Source of the DNA: Desulfotignum sp.
GTDB lineage: Bacteria; Desulfobacterota; Desulfobacteria; Desulfobacterales; Desulfobacteraceae
Length of the DNA: 64,000 bases
Direction of reading: 5' to 3'
Assembly: GCA_035268565.1 (NCBI GenBank)
Contig: DATFKQ010000058.1
Coordinates: 6,295 to 70,294, forward strand
Made by a program: the position numbers and the translations under genes. The notes under the pieces are model-generated. The model was not told the DNA's origin, made no database searches, and saw only the letters and a list, made by a program, of their open reading frames with translations. Below, piece by piece: positions 47,487-56,831 of the stretch (within the stretch, counting starts at the first letter, position 1; every line of letters starts with the position of its first letter).

Positions 47487-48334
47487 AACGCTTCCTGTAA
47501 CAAAGGCTGTACAGCCCGGGTCAATGATAGAAATTCATCCACTGTCAGGGTTTCCGCACGTCTTTCCGGTGAGATCTTTGCACAGGACAGGGCCTGGGCA
47601 ATGGCATGCTTGTGCAGGCCCAGATCCTGGCCCACCAGAGAATTTTTAAGCGATTTGCGCCGTTTTGAAAAAGCCGCCTTGATTACCGTAAACAAAAGGG
47701 ATTCCGTGGTTCTGGACACATCCGAACCGGTATGAAAATCAAACCCCAGAACCGTGGATTCCACCACTGGTCGGGGAAAAAAGGCAGCCGGGCCGACATG
47801 TGCGACACACTCGATATCTGCTGCATACCGGGCAACCGCAGATAGACGCGAATACGCTTTTTTTCCCGGAGATGCCAGGATACGGTCTGCCAGTTCTTTT
47901 TGAAACATCAAAAATGCCTTTTCTATATAAACCCTTTCCTGGACAAGCCGAAACAGGATCTGGGAAGAAATATTATAAGGCAGATTGGAGATGACCACAA
48001 GTTTTTTATCTTCCGCCACGGCCGCGATATCGGTTTTCATCACATCTGAATTCAGTATTTCAACCCAGTCAATATCATGGTTTTCCAGTTCCTGTCTGAG
48101 CAGAGGAATCAGGCGCCGGTCTTTTTCCACCACTACCACCTGCCGGGTTTTTTCTGCAATGGGTATGGTCAGGGCTCCCAGACCTGGACCGATTTCCAGT
48201 ACCCGGCTGTCAGCAGATATCCCGGTCCGGTCGACAATCATCCGGGCTGTAGGCGGACTGGATAAAAAATTCTGCCCCATTTCCTTACCTGCAAACAGTT
48301 TTTCCTGTTTTAACAATTGTCCTGGATGCGTCAT
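47483..48334 (-). CDS. rsmA: 16S rRNA (adenine1518/1519-N6)-dimethyltransferase RsmA/KsgA
   Basis: 283 aa. GQNFL, SAM motif VLEIGPGLGALT, and NLPYNISS. Confidence 0.95.
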   Translation of the reverse strand: MTHPGQLLKQEKLFAGKEMGQNFLSSPPTARMIVDRTGISADSRVLEIGPGLGALTIPIAEKTRQVVVVEKDRRLIPLLRQELENHDIDWVEILNSDVMKTDIAAVAEDKKLVVISNLPYNISSQILFRLVQERVYIEKAFLMFQKELADRILASPGKKAYSRLSAVARYAADIECVAHVGPAAFFPRPVVESTVLGFDFHTGSDVSRTTESLLFTVIKAAFSKRRKSLKNSLVGQDLGLHKHAIAQALSCAKISPERRAETLTVDEFLSLTRAVQPLLQEAL

Positions 48335-48528
48335 GGGTTTGTCCCAATTTCAAATAGGTTATGGTCCATATTTTCAACTTTTTGCCCAAAGGCAATTTAC
48401 TTTTTATGCCCCTTGTAAAATTACTACTTGACTTTCATTGTGTTGAGAAGTAATTTTATTTTATATAAACAATTAATATACGCCAACATTACACAAGATT
48501 CAATACCGGGGCGCAGGATAAAATAACA

Positions 48529-48552
48529 GAAAAGCTTTCAAACAAGCTTTTC
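48529..48552. repeat. orphan hairpin GAAAAGCTT-N6-AAGCTTTTC in the rsmA / 48643 divergent intergenic region
   Basis: 9-bp perfect stem (48529-48537 / 48544-48552). T-rich tracts follow on both strands. No gene on either strand ends next to it. Confidence 0.7.
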
Positions 48553-48642
48553 CAGTCTATTATTTTTAATGCCTGCATTTTTCGCCAGCGGTATGAAATC
48601 AGGGTATTTGAAAAACAATTTATAAGGATCAGGAGATGCATC

Positions 48643-49005
48643 ATGTCAAACAACATGGACCTTGGAACCAACTGGGAAGGCTTTGTCAAAATGTTGCTGC
48701 AGCGCCTGGATATGCCGACAAAAGAAGACATCAATATGCTTCATGAAAGGCTTGACGCGCTGGAACAGCTTATCAATCAAAAACAGCCCTTTGCAAAAAA
48801 ACAGACCCGGACAAAACCTCCCAGGCGAAAAAGCGCGTCCGCCACTGTTCTGGAAATTATTGCCAACCATCCTGAGGGCACAAATTTCAAAACCATCAAG
48901 GCTGCCACAGGATTTGATGATAAAAAACTGAGAAATATCATCTTCAGGCTGGATAAAATCGGGCGGATCGAAAGGGTCCGCCGGGGTATTTACAAAACCA
49001 CTTAA
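48643..49005 (+). CDS. hypothetical small protein (N-terminal helical/coiled-coil segment, basic linker, C-terminal winged-helix-like segment)
   Basis: 120 aa. GGAG RBS upstream (AGGAGATGCATC ATG). The C-terminal ...VLEIIANHPEGTNFKTIKAATGFDDKKLRNIIFRLDKIGRIERVRRGIY has the spacing of a wHTH. Lies 20 nt upstream of the M16C peptidase gene. Confidence 0.65.
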   Translation: MSNNMDLGTNWEGFVKMLLQRLDMPTKEDINMLHERLDALEQLINQKQPFAKKQTRTKPPRRKSASATVLEIIANHPEGTNFKTIKAATGFDDKKLRNIIFRLDKIGRIERVRRGIYKTT

Positions 49006-49025
49006 TCAATGGGAAAACCATCCAT

Positions 49026-52004
49026 ATGAGTACTTCAGCATTATCGCAGGGCCAGACCATACACAATTATGAAGTCCAGCAAATCACACCGCTGCCCATA
49101 ATAGATGCCACAATGATCCAGCTGATCCACAAAAAAACCCGGGCCCGGCATTTCCATATTGCCAACAAAGACAAGGAAAATACCTTCAGTGTTATTTTCC
49201 GGACAGTTCCCACAGATTCCACCGGGGTTGCCCATATCCTTGAACACACTGTTTTGTGCGGGTCCAGAAACTTCAATGTAAGGGATCCGTTTTTTTCCAT
49301 GATCAAACGCAGCCTGTCTACATTCATGAATGCCTTTACCGCCTCAGACTGGACCATGTATCCTTTTTCCACCCAGAATGAAAAAGATTATTTCAACCTC
49401 ATGGATGTGTACCTGGATGCGGCATTCTTTCCGAAAATTGATGAATTGAGCTTCAAACAGGAAGGGCACCGGCTGGAGATTGATCCTGATCAGGATCCGG
49501 AACTGGTATACAAAGGGGTGGTGTATAATGAAATGAAAGGGGCCATGTCCTCACCCGGCCAGGTCATGGGCCGGGCTTTGCTCAAAAGTCTGTATCCGGA
49601 CACCACATACAGCAATAATTCCGGAGGCGACCCCCTAAAGATTCCCAGGCTCTCCTGGCAGGATCTCAAAGCGTTTCACAGCCGGTATTATCATCCATCC
49701 AATGCCCAGTTCTATACCTATGGGTGTCTGCCTCTGGAAAAAACACTGGCTTTTATCCATGAAAAGGTACTGGATCAGTTTGACTATCTTTCAGTGGATT
49801 CCCTTGTTCCGCCCCAGCCCCGGTGGAAAAGTCCCAGACAGGAAACCCATGGCTATGCCTATTCCGATTCAGAGGATATGGCAAAAAAATACCAGGGATG
49901 TGTAGCCTGGCTGACCTGTGATGCCAAAGATACTTTTGAAATTCTGGTGCTCTCAATTCTTGACCAGATTTTGATGGGCAATTCCGGATCTCCATTGCGA
50001 AAGGCCCTGATTGATTCAAATCTGGGATCTGCACTGGCAGATTCATCCGGGTTTGAGCCTGACAACCGGGATGCCATGTTTGTATGCGGCCTCAAGGACA
50101 TCACCAAAGATTCCGTAAAAAAAGTGGAAGAAATTATTTTTTCCACCCTCAAGGATTTGATAAAAAAAGGAATTGACCCGGATCTTATTGCGTCTGCCAT
50201 CCACCAGATTGAGTTCTATCGCAAAGAGATCACCAACACACCGTATCCCTTCGGCATCAAACTGCTGATCTCCTTTGCCGGTTCCCTGATACACGAGGGA
50301 GATCCTGTGGCCTGCATCAATATCGACCAGGATCTGGACCGGCTCAAAAAGGAAATTGCACAAGGCAGATTCCTGGAAGAAAAACTGCAGACCTATTTCA
50401 TTGACAACCCCCACCGGGTGTTGTTTACCCTGGAGCCGGACCCGGAGCTGGAAGCAGTCACACAGGAGAAAACCCGCAGGGAACTTGCAAAAATCTACAG
50501 CCAGCTGTCACAAAAAGACATGGAAAAGATTAAAAATGATGCAGATATGCTTGCACAGCTGCAGGAAAAGCAGGAAGATCTTTCTGTGCTGCCCACCCTG
50601 GAACTGTCAGATGTCCCCCCCCGCATAGAAATCATCAATCCGGACCACCTGGAACAGGTGCACAACGTCACCTCCTATGACAAGGCCACATCCGGAATCT
50701 TGTATTTTACCTGTCCTGTGGGGGCAGGCCATGTTGAAAAAGGTTTTTTCCCCCTGATACCCTTTTTTTGCCACGCCTTTACCAACAGCGGTACCCGCAG
50801 CCAGTCCTATGTACAGATGGCGGAAAAAATGGACAGATATACCGGCGGGATTACATTGTCGCCCTTTTCCGGCACCTATTTCAACAAGGAAGCAGATTCC
50901 CATGTATTTCTGGCCCTCCAGGGAAAGGCCCTGGACCGGAATGTGGACAATATGTTTGATATTGTAAAAGAATTTGTCCTGGATTATGGATTTACCGATC
51001 TGGACCGCATTAAAAATCTGCTTTTGCAATACCAGGCCGGCATGGAAGCCGCCATTGTCTCCACGGGACATCGGTATGCCATTTCCCTGTCATCGCGCCA
51101 CCTGTCAATTGCATCCCATATCAACGAAATATGGCATGGCATTGCCCAGTATAAAACCATCAGGCAGATGGTAAAAAATATCGGCAATCCAGATACAGCC
51201 AAACCGGTTCTGGAAACACTGGCGGCCAACCTTGATGCCATGGCTGCCAGCATGCTGCGAAAAGACAATTTCAAGCCGGCTGTCATTGGAAGTCCGGATG
51301 CCATTTACCAGGCTGACGCGGCCATCGGCAAAATAATGACCGAACTGAACAATGGTTCCAGACCCGCTTTTTTCACACCGGATATCTCTTTGGACCAGCA
51401 GCTGCCCAGGGACGGATGGTATACCAGCACAGCGGTTTCCTTTGTGGGCCAGTCCTTTAAAACCGTGGGCATAACCCATGAAGACTCTCCCGGCCTGGCA
51501 GTGATCAGCAAAATTCTGCGTTCTTTGTTTTTACACCGTGAGATACGGGAAAAAGGCGGGGCATACGGCGGGTTTGCCATCTATAATTCAGAAGAAGGTG
51601 TTTTTTCCTTTGGATCCTACCGGGATCCCCATATCAAAAGAACCCTGGATGTTTATACCCGGGCATGTGCGTATATCATGAAAGGGGATTACACCCAGAC
51701 CGATGTCAAGGAAGCTATTCTTCAGGTCTGCTCTGATATCGACCGGCCGGAAACACCCGGCCCCGCTGCCATGAAAGCTTTTTACCGGAATATCGCCAAA
51801 CTCACCGATGAGATACGGCAGCAGTTCAAGGATGAACTGCTGAAGCTCGACAAGCAGCGGATCCAGGCCATTGCCCGCAGGTATTTTGACCTGGACAGCC
51901 GCAAAACCGGTATCTCGGTTATCTCCAGCAAATCATTGCTGGAGCAGGCCAACCAGGCCCTGGAAAAAGATGGTCAGGCTCCGCTGGAACTTATAAAGAT
52001 ATAA
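49026..52004 (+). CDS. M16C family zinc metallopeptidase (PreP/presequence-protease-like insulinase)
   Basis: 992 aa. Inverted zinc motif HILEH, with a downstream E in VVYNEMKG. The ~1000-aa four-domain length is typical of M16C. Confidence 0.9.
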   Translation: MSTSALSQGQTIHNYEVQQITPLPIIDATMIQLIHKKTRARHFHIANKDKENTFSVIFRTVPTDSTGVAHILEHTVLCGSRNFNVRDPFFSMIKRSLSTFMNAFTASDWTMYPFSTQNEKDYFNLMDVYLDAAFFPKIDELSFKQEGHRLEIDPDQDPELVYKGVVYNEMKGAMSSPGQVMGRALLKSLYPDTTYSNNSGGDPLKIPRLSWQDLKAFHSRYYHPSNAQFYTYGCLPLEKTLAFIHEKVLDQFDYLSVDSLVPPQPRWKSPRQETHGYAYSDSEDMAKKYQGCVAWLTCDAKDTFEILVLSILDQILMGNSGSPLRKALIDSNLGSALADSSGFEPDNRDAMFVCGLKDITKDSVKKVEEIIFSTLKDLIKKGIDPDLIASAIHQIEFYRKEITNTPYPFGIKLLISFAGSLIHEGDPVACINIDQDLDRLKKEIAQGRFLEEKLQTYFIDNPHRVLFTLEPDPELEAVTQEKTRRELAKIYSQLSQKDMEKIKNDADMLAQLQEKQEDLSVLPTLELSDVPPRIEIINPDHLEQVHNVTSYDKATSGILYFTCPVGAGHVEKGFFPLIPFFCHAFTNSGTRSQSYVQMAEKMDRYTGGITLSPFSGTYFNKEADSHVFLALQGKALDRNVDNMFDIVKEFVLDYGFTDLDRIKNLLLQYQAGMEAAIVSTGHRYAISLSSRHLSIASHINEIWHGIAQYKTIRQMVKNIGNPDTAKPVLETLAANLDAMAASMLRKDNFKPAVIGSPDAIYQADAAIGKIMTELNNGSRPAFFTPDISLDQQLPRDGWYTSTAVSFVGQSFKTVGITHEDSPGLAVISKILRSLFLHREIREKGGAYGGFAIYNSEEGVFSFGSYRDPHIKRTLDVYTRACAYIMKGDYTQTDVKEAILQVCSDIDRPETPGPAAMKAFYRNIAKLTDEIRQQFKDELLKLDKQRIQAIARRYFDLDSRKTGISVISSKSLLEQANQALEKDGQAPLELIKI

Positions 52005-52062
52005 ACGCCATTGCCCCCCAGGGTCCCTGCTGCTTTACCACAGATGCGGTTTTGTCCGGATG

Positions 52063-52959
52063 TCATTTTTTCAGCAGATCAGAAATCTGCTGGTCAGCCT
52101 CTTTGGGAAAATCTGCTCTCATCCTGGCAATATCCAGGGTATGCTGTCCCAGGAGCCGGTATAAGGCTGAAAACCGGGGCATTTTTTTGTCAATATCTGC
52201 CAGGTGGCGGGCAATGATGGCTTTATCACCCCGGACCACCGGCCCGGTCATCGCATCCACGCTTCCTTTGGATGCGATGTTGCGCAGGGTTCCCTGAATC
52301 AGGGGGTCCAGGATTTCATAGGCCCGGGCCTGATCAAGTCCGGTCTGGCCCAGCAGGGTCAAAGCAAAATGTTCCAGGGTGACCAGGTAATTGGAAGCCA
52401 CAACAGCTGCTGCATGGTAAAGGGTTTTTGCTTCAGTGGGAATGGTAAAGGGCCTGGCCTGCAGTGCTGCCACAATTTTTCGCCCCAGGGTTTCTGCCCT
52501 GGGGCTTCCCTCAATGGACATATTGACACCTGCAAAAGGTGATGCCTGGCCGGGTTCATACGGGGCAAATGCCTGGAGGGGATGCACAGAACCTGTGGCA
52601 GCGCCGTTTTTCCGGGCAGATGCCAGTATGTTTGAAGACAGGGCCCCGGAAAGATGAAAAACCACACTGTTTTCATTACACCCGCCGTCTGCAGCCATTT
52701 GATCACAGACCGGTGCTATGAGAATGTCCGGGGTGGTAATAAAAATCAGCTCACAGCTTTTTGCTGCATCTGCTGCTTTTTCAAACACCTTGCCTCCCCC
52801 GGCATGGAATGCGGCATTTTGTGCGGATGCACGGGTCCTGCTGAAAAAAGCAGCCGGTCGATACTCCTGGCCTGCCAGGTGCACTGCCAGGTTAGTACCT
52901 ACGCGGCCGCATCCGATAACACAAAAATCTGTTTTTGTTTTACTTGTATTCATGTTCAT
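52063..52959 (-). CDS. Rossmann-fold NAD(P)-binding protein with DUF2520 C-terminal domain
   Basis: The ORF frame is open to 53037. The likely start is MNMNTSK (52959/52953), overlapping the panB 3' end. GxGxx[11 protein letters not shown]; DUF2520-type motifs [27 protein letters not shown]. Confidence 0.8.
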   Translation of the reverse strand: MNMNTSKTKTDFCVIGCGRVGTNLAVHLAGQEYRPAAFFSRTRASAQNAAFHAGGGKVFEKAADAAKSCELIFITTPDILIAPVCDQMAADGGCNENSVVFHLSGALSSNILASARKNGAATGSVHPLQAFAPYEPGQASPFAGVNMSIEGSPRAETLGRKIVAALQARPFTIPTEAKTLYHAAAVVASNYLVTLEHFALTLLGQTGLDQARAYEILDPLIQGTLRNIASKGSVDAMTGPVVRGDKAIIARHLADIDKKMPRFSALYRLLGQHTLDIARMRADFPKEADQQISDLLKK

Positions 52960-53731
52960 CCGATGGAAAACTGCCCTGCTGCACCTCATCCATATATGCT
53001 GCCAGCCCTTGCCGGGCCTGTGATGCCAGATCTGCATATTTTTTTACAAATTTGGGCAGAAACCGGTCATTGATGCCCAGCATGTCATGGAGCACCAGAA
53101 TCTGGCCGTCACAATGGGGACCGGCACCAATGCCTATGGTGGGAATTTTCAGGGTCTGGGTAATTTTTTGGGATATAGGGGACGGGATTCCTTCCAGAAC
53201 AACAGAAAAGGCACCGGCTGCCTCCACATCCTGTGCATCCTTGAGCAGCCGCTTTTCATCCCGCTGCACCTTGAAACCGCCCATCTGGTGAACCGACTGG
53301 GGAGTCAGCCCGATATGGGCCTGGACAGGTATCCCGGCTCTGGCCAAGGCAGTGATCACCGGGCAGACATCAGCCCCGCCTTCCAGCTTGACCGCGGCAG
53401 CGCCTGCCTCCTTTAAAAAACGGCCGGCATTTTCCACGGCTGCATCCAGAGATCCCTGGTAGGACATAAAGGGCATATCCCCCACCACCAGAGCCCGGGA
53501 ACAGCCCCGGGAAACCATGGCAGTATGGTAGATGATTTCATCCATGGTCACGGACAGGGTGTTTGGTTTGCCCTGTACCACCATTCCCAGAGAATCCCCT
53601 ACCAGGACAGTGTCAATACCTGCCTGATCCAGCATCCGTGCAAACGGAAAATCATAGGCGGTCAGGGCGGTGATTTTTTTGCCTTCCTGTTTCATTTTCA
53701 GCAGTGTTGATACAGTAACCTGTGATTGCAT
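52940..53731 (-). CDS. panB: 3-methyl-2-oxobutanoate hydroxymethyltransferase (ketopantoate hydroxymethyltransferase)
   Basis: 263 aa. [32 protein letters not shown], and [15 protein letters not shown]. Confidence 0.96.
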   Translation of the reverse strand: MQSQVTVSTLLKMKQEGKKITALTAYDFPFARMLDQAGIDTVLVGDSLGMVVQGKPNTLSVTMDEIIYHTAMVSRGCSRALVVGDMPFMSYQGSLDAAVENAGRFLKEAGAAAVKLEGGADVCPVITALARAGIPVQAHIGLTPQSVHQMGGFKVQRDEKRLLKDAQDVEAAGAFSVVLEGIPSPISQKITQTLKIPTIGIGAGPHCDGQILVLHDMLGINDRFLPKFVKKYADLASQARQGLAAYMDEVQQGSFPSDEHEYK

Positions 53732-53798
53732 GGCCTTTTTTCCTCCAATTATTGATTCCAGACATCTCAGAATACATTAGAATAAAACCGGCCAAGTT

Positions 53799-56000
53799 TC
53801 AACCCCGGTTTGTCCGGATTCGGCACCACTGCTGGTATTGGTGCATGCTGGACAAAGCCTTTACCGCACGTTCCGGTGAAGGGAAAAATACCCCTTTATA
53901 TGCCATATCTCCATACCGGTACAGGGTCTGGCTGAGGGCATCGGTAAGCAGGCTCACCCCTAAAACAGGCTTGTTGTATTTTTGTGTCATCTCCACCACA
54001 TACCGGGTATAGGATGCTTCAAATTCCAGTATCACCTGTTTGAAGGCTGCCACCTGTTCTCTGGAAATGGATGGGTCTGTCTGGGCAATGGATTTGGCCA
54101 TGTTATTCACCAGGACCCGTTTGCCATGGATCCCTAAATGAATGACCGCATCGCACCCATCCCACTTGAGCAGCGCCTCCAGACAGGTTTTGGGAACTTC
54201 CGGATCACCCTCCCCCACCAGATCCACAGGATTGCCATGGCTCCAGAAGTCCGGAAGTACAGCATTGAGGCGTTCAATTATATCTTCTGACAAAGGCGGC
54301 ACCACAAGCCCGTATTCTGCGCACAGGTCTGCGGCAATCACCCCCCAGCCGCCCCCCAGGGTCATGATGGCCACCCGGTTGCCCCGGGGCAGGGGCAATG
54401 ATGAAAATACCGCAGACAGATCCAGCAGTTCCATGGGCTGGTCCACCTGGATGATGCCGGCCTGACGGCAGGCAGCATCAAACACACGGGCATTGGAGGC
54501 CATGGCACCGGTGTGACTGGCCGCAGCCTGCTCCCCCTGTTTTGTGCGGCCGCCCTTGAGCACCACCACCGGTTTTTTTGTGGATACCCGCCTGGCACTG
54601 TTGAAAAACCGCCGGCCGTCCTTGACGCTTTCAATATACAGGACCACGGTACGGGTAAGGGCATCTATTTCAAAGGCCTCCATATAGTCTTCAATGGTGA
54701 CCATGGCCTCATTCCCGGATCCGGAAAAGGCCCGGATGCCGATTCCCTGCTGCTCGGCAAAAGCCAGAAGCTGGGTGCCCATGTTACCGGACTGGCTCAC
54801 CAGGGCGGTGGACCCGGGAATGGGATATGCATGGGCAGCACTGCAGTAAATATCTGCATGGGGATTGCACATGCCCATGGTATTGGGGCCCAGAATCAGA
54901 ATACCGCTTTTCCGTGCCTGTTCCACCAGTTGTTTTTCCAGTGCCGCCCCCTGGTCTCCCACTTCCCGGAAACCGGAAGTTATGAGCAGCATCCCTTTTA
55001 CCTTTTTGGCCTCAAGCTCCGGGATCAGGTCCATGACATGCCGGGCCGGCACAGTGACCACGGCCAGATCCACATCTGCGGGAATGTCGCGTACAGACCG
55101 ATACACCTGCCTGCCCATGATGGTGCCGCCTTTGGGATTCACCAGATACACCTTTCCCCTGTAATCCCGGGAAAGGGTATTGGAAGGCAGCATATGCCCC
55201 CACTTGCCCGGAGAAGCAGATGCCCCCACAAAGGCAATGGATGCCGGATAAAAACACGCTCCCAGTGTTTTCAGGTCAATGCGGGGGGACACCTCATTTT
55301 CCCTGGCAGGGGGGCCGGTGATGATAAGCCCGTCTACTGCCACAGGCATGCCGTCAGGCTGGATGATCAGCGGATTGATATCAATTTCTCTGATCTGAGG
55401 CCAGGTGACTGCCAGATCGGAAAGTCCCTTTAAAACAGTTTTTATTGCCTGTATATCGCAGGCCGCCTCTCCCCTGAATGCCTGAAGCAGGGCTGCACCG
55501 GCAAAGGATGTCAGCATATCCTCCATGTCCGTCTCATCCAGGGGCGCTATCTTAAAGACAATATCTGCCAGGGCTTCGGTGAAAACTCCCCCGAGGCCAA
55601 ACATGATCACCGGGCCGAACTGGGGATCTCTGAACATTCCGGCAACAAATTCACGTTTTCCCTGAATCATGGGCTGCACCAAAAATCCCTGGAGTTCTTC
55701 GCCGGCTTGGGCTGCCATTTTCCTGGCCGCAGCCAGCACCTGTGTTTCCGTAGTCAGCCCGAGGTGCACCAGATCTGCTTCTGTTTTATGCAAAACCGCC
55801 GCACCCATGCCCTTGAGAACCACGGGAAATCCTGATGCCGCAGCTGCCAGGGCTGCTTCTTCCGGTGTTTTTGCCTGACAATCCTTGACCACGGGCATGC
55901 CCATGGCCTGAAAAATCTGTTTGGCCTCAGCTTCGGTTATGTGTTTTTGTTTTTCCTGTGCAGCATTTGCCAGCACCGCTTCAATATCAATGGCACCCAT
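53799..56000 (-). CDS. ADP-forming acyl-CoA synthetase (ACD/NDP-forming family), single polypeptide with ATP-grasp (beta) domain N-terminal to the CoA-binding/ligase (alpha) domains
   Basis: 733 aa. N-terminal ATP-grasp region (GFPVVLKG...HKTEADLVHLGL). CoA-binding Rossmann fold (PASIAFVGASASPGKWG...VYLVNPKGG...DLAVVTVPA). Phosphohistidine loop AASHTGAMAS. Confidence 0.88.
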   Translation of the reverse strand: MGAIDIEAVLANAAQEKQKHITEAEAKQIFQAMGMPVVKDCQAKTPEEAALAAAASGFPVVLKGMGAAVLHKTEADLVHLGLTTETQVLAAARKMAAQAGEELQGFLVQPMIQGKREFVAGMFRDPQFGPVIMFGLGGVFTEALADIVFKIAPLDETDMEDMLTSFAGAALLQAFRGEAACDIQAIKTVLKGLSDLAVTWPQIREIDINPLIIQPDGMPVAVDGLIITGPPARENEVSPRIDLKTLGACFYPASIAFVGASASPGKWGHMLPSNTLSRDYRGKVYLVNPKGGTIMGRQVYRSVRDIPADVDLAVVTVPARHVMDLIPELEAKKVKGMLLITSGFREVGDQGAALEKQLVEQARKSGILILGPNTMGMCNPHADIYCSAAHAYPIPGSTALVSQSGNMGTQLLAFAEQQGIGIRAFSGSGNEAMVTIEDYMEAFEIDALTRTVVLYIESVKDGRRFFNSARRVSTKKPVVVLKGGRTKQGEQAAASHTGAMASNARVFDAACRQAGIIQVDQPMELLDLSAVFSSLPLPRGNRVAIMTLGGGWGVIAADLCAEYGLVVPPLSEDIIERLNAVLPDFWSHGNPVDLVGEGDPEVPKTCLEALLKWDGCDAVIHLGIHGKRVLVNNMAKSIAQTDPSISREQVAAFKQVILEFEASYTRYVVEMTQKYNKPVLGVSLLTDALSQTLYRYGDMAYKGVFFPSPERAVKALSSMHQYQQWCRIRTNRG

Positions 56001-56593
56001 TATTTTTTTACCCCGTAAGATACAATGTTTATAATACCGCTGGATGCGGCCTGCACATCCAGTTCCCTGTCAAAGATCACCTGCTTCAGGCAGGTATGCT
56101 CAATAGCCCCAAGTATGATCTTCTGCAATAAAAACGGATCAGTATCCGGCTTGAGTTCTTTTTCTGCAATCCCGTCACACACAATTTTTCGGATAAGCCG
56201 GCTGTACTTTTTCACCATGACATAGGCACAGGAATCAAAATATGCCGGAGAATTGCGTACCTCCAGCAGCAGGATTCTGGCAAACACCCGGTTGTGGATG
56301 TAGCTTTCAAGACTGGCAAAAACAACGGCCTCCAGCTTTTCCATACAGGTGTTTTCTGCTGCTGTCCTGTCCTGAACAAGCGCCAGAAATCCTGCAAAGT
56401 GCTGGTGCAGCACCTGGTAGAGGAGGTCTTTTTTATCCTTGAAATACTTGTAGATCAGCCCTTCGGTCACCCCGGCATTTTTCGCGATTTCAGCAATGGT
56501 AATGGACTGAAAATCTTTTGTACCCATCAGGGTGGAAAAAGATGTCATGATCTTTCGTTTGCCCGGCGGACTGGTTCTGCAGACAGGTTTCAT
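56000..56593 (-). CDS. TetR/AcrR family transcriptional regulator
   Basis: The ORF frame is open to 56674. ATG 56593 has an AAGGAAG RBS 7 nt upstream. HTH ITIAEIAKNAGVTEGLIYKYFKDKKDLL. The stop overlaps the ACD start as TAATG. Confidence 0.88.
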   Translation of the reverse strand: MKPVCRTSPPGKRKIMTSFSTLMGTKDFQSITIAEIAKNAGVTEGLIYKYFKDKKDLLYQVLHQHFAGFLALVQDRTAAENTCMEKLEAVVFASLESYIHNRVFARILLLEVRNSPAYFDSCAYVMVKKYSRLIRKIVCDGIAEKELKPDTDPFLLQKIILGAIEHTCLKQVIFDRELDVQAASSGIINIVSYGVKK

Positions 56594-56831
56594 AAGACTG
56601 CTTCCTTGCATGGAATTGCGGATTTCAAAAGGTGAGTAAAACTTACTTACAAAACACGGGTCTGTCAAGAACAAACACCAAATTCAGTTGACACACAAAA
56701 AATTTATCATGATACCCTGTGATTTTATTTTAACAGGAATCTAGTGAAAATCCCACAAAGGTATGATAGGGTGCGGCCCATGAAATGTTTGGACTGTTAT
56801 TTCATCACCAAATTACAATAAGGACGTTCCC

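Noticed and set aside
56675-56831. Possible TetR operator in the tetR / PHP divergent region (ATCATGAT palindrome, imperfect ATACCCTGTG / CACAAAGGTAT inverted repeat, duplicated CACCAAATT)
   Set aside because: The repeats are short and imperfect in an AT-rich region. I cannot distinguish them from chance without comparative or binding data.
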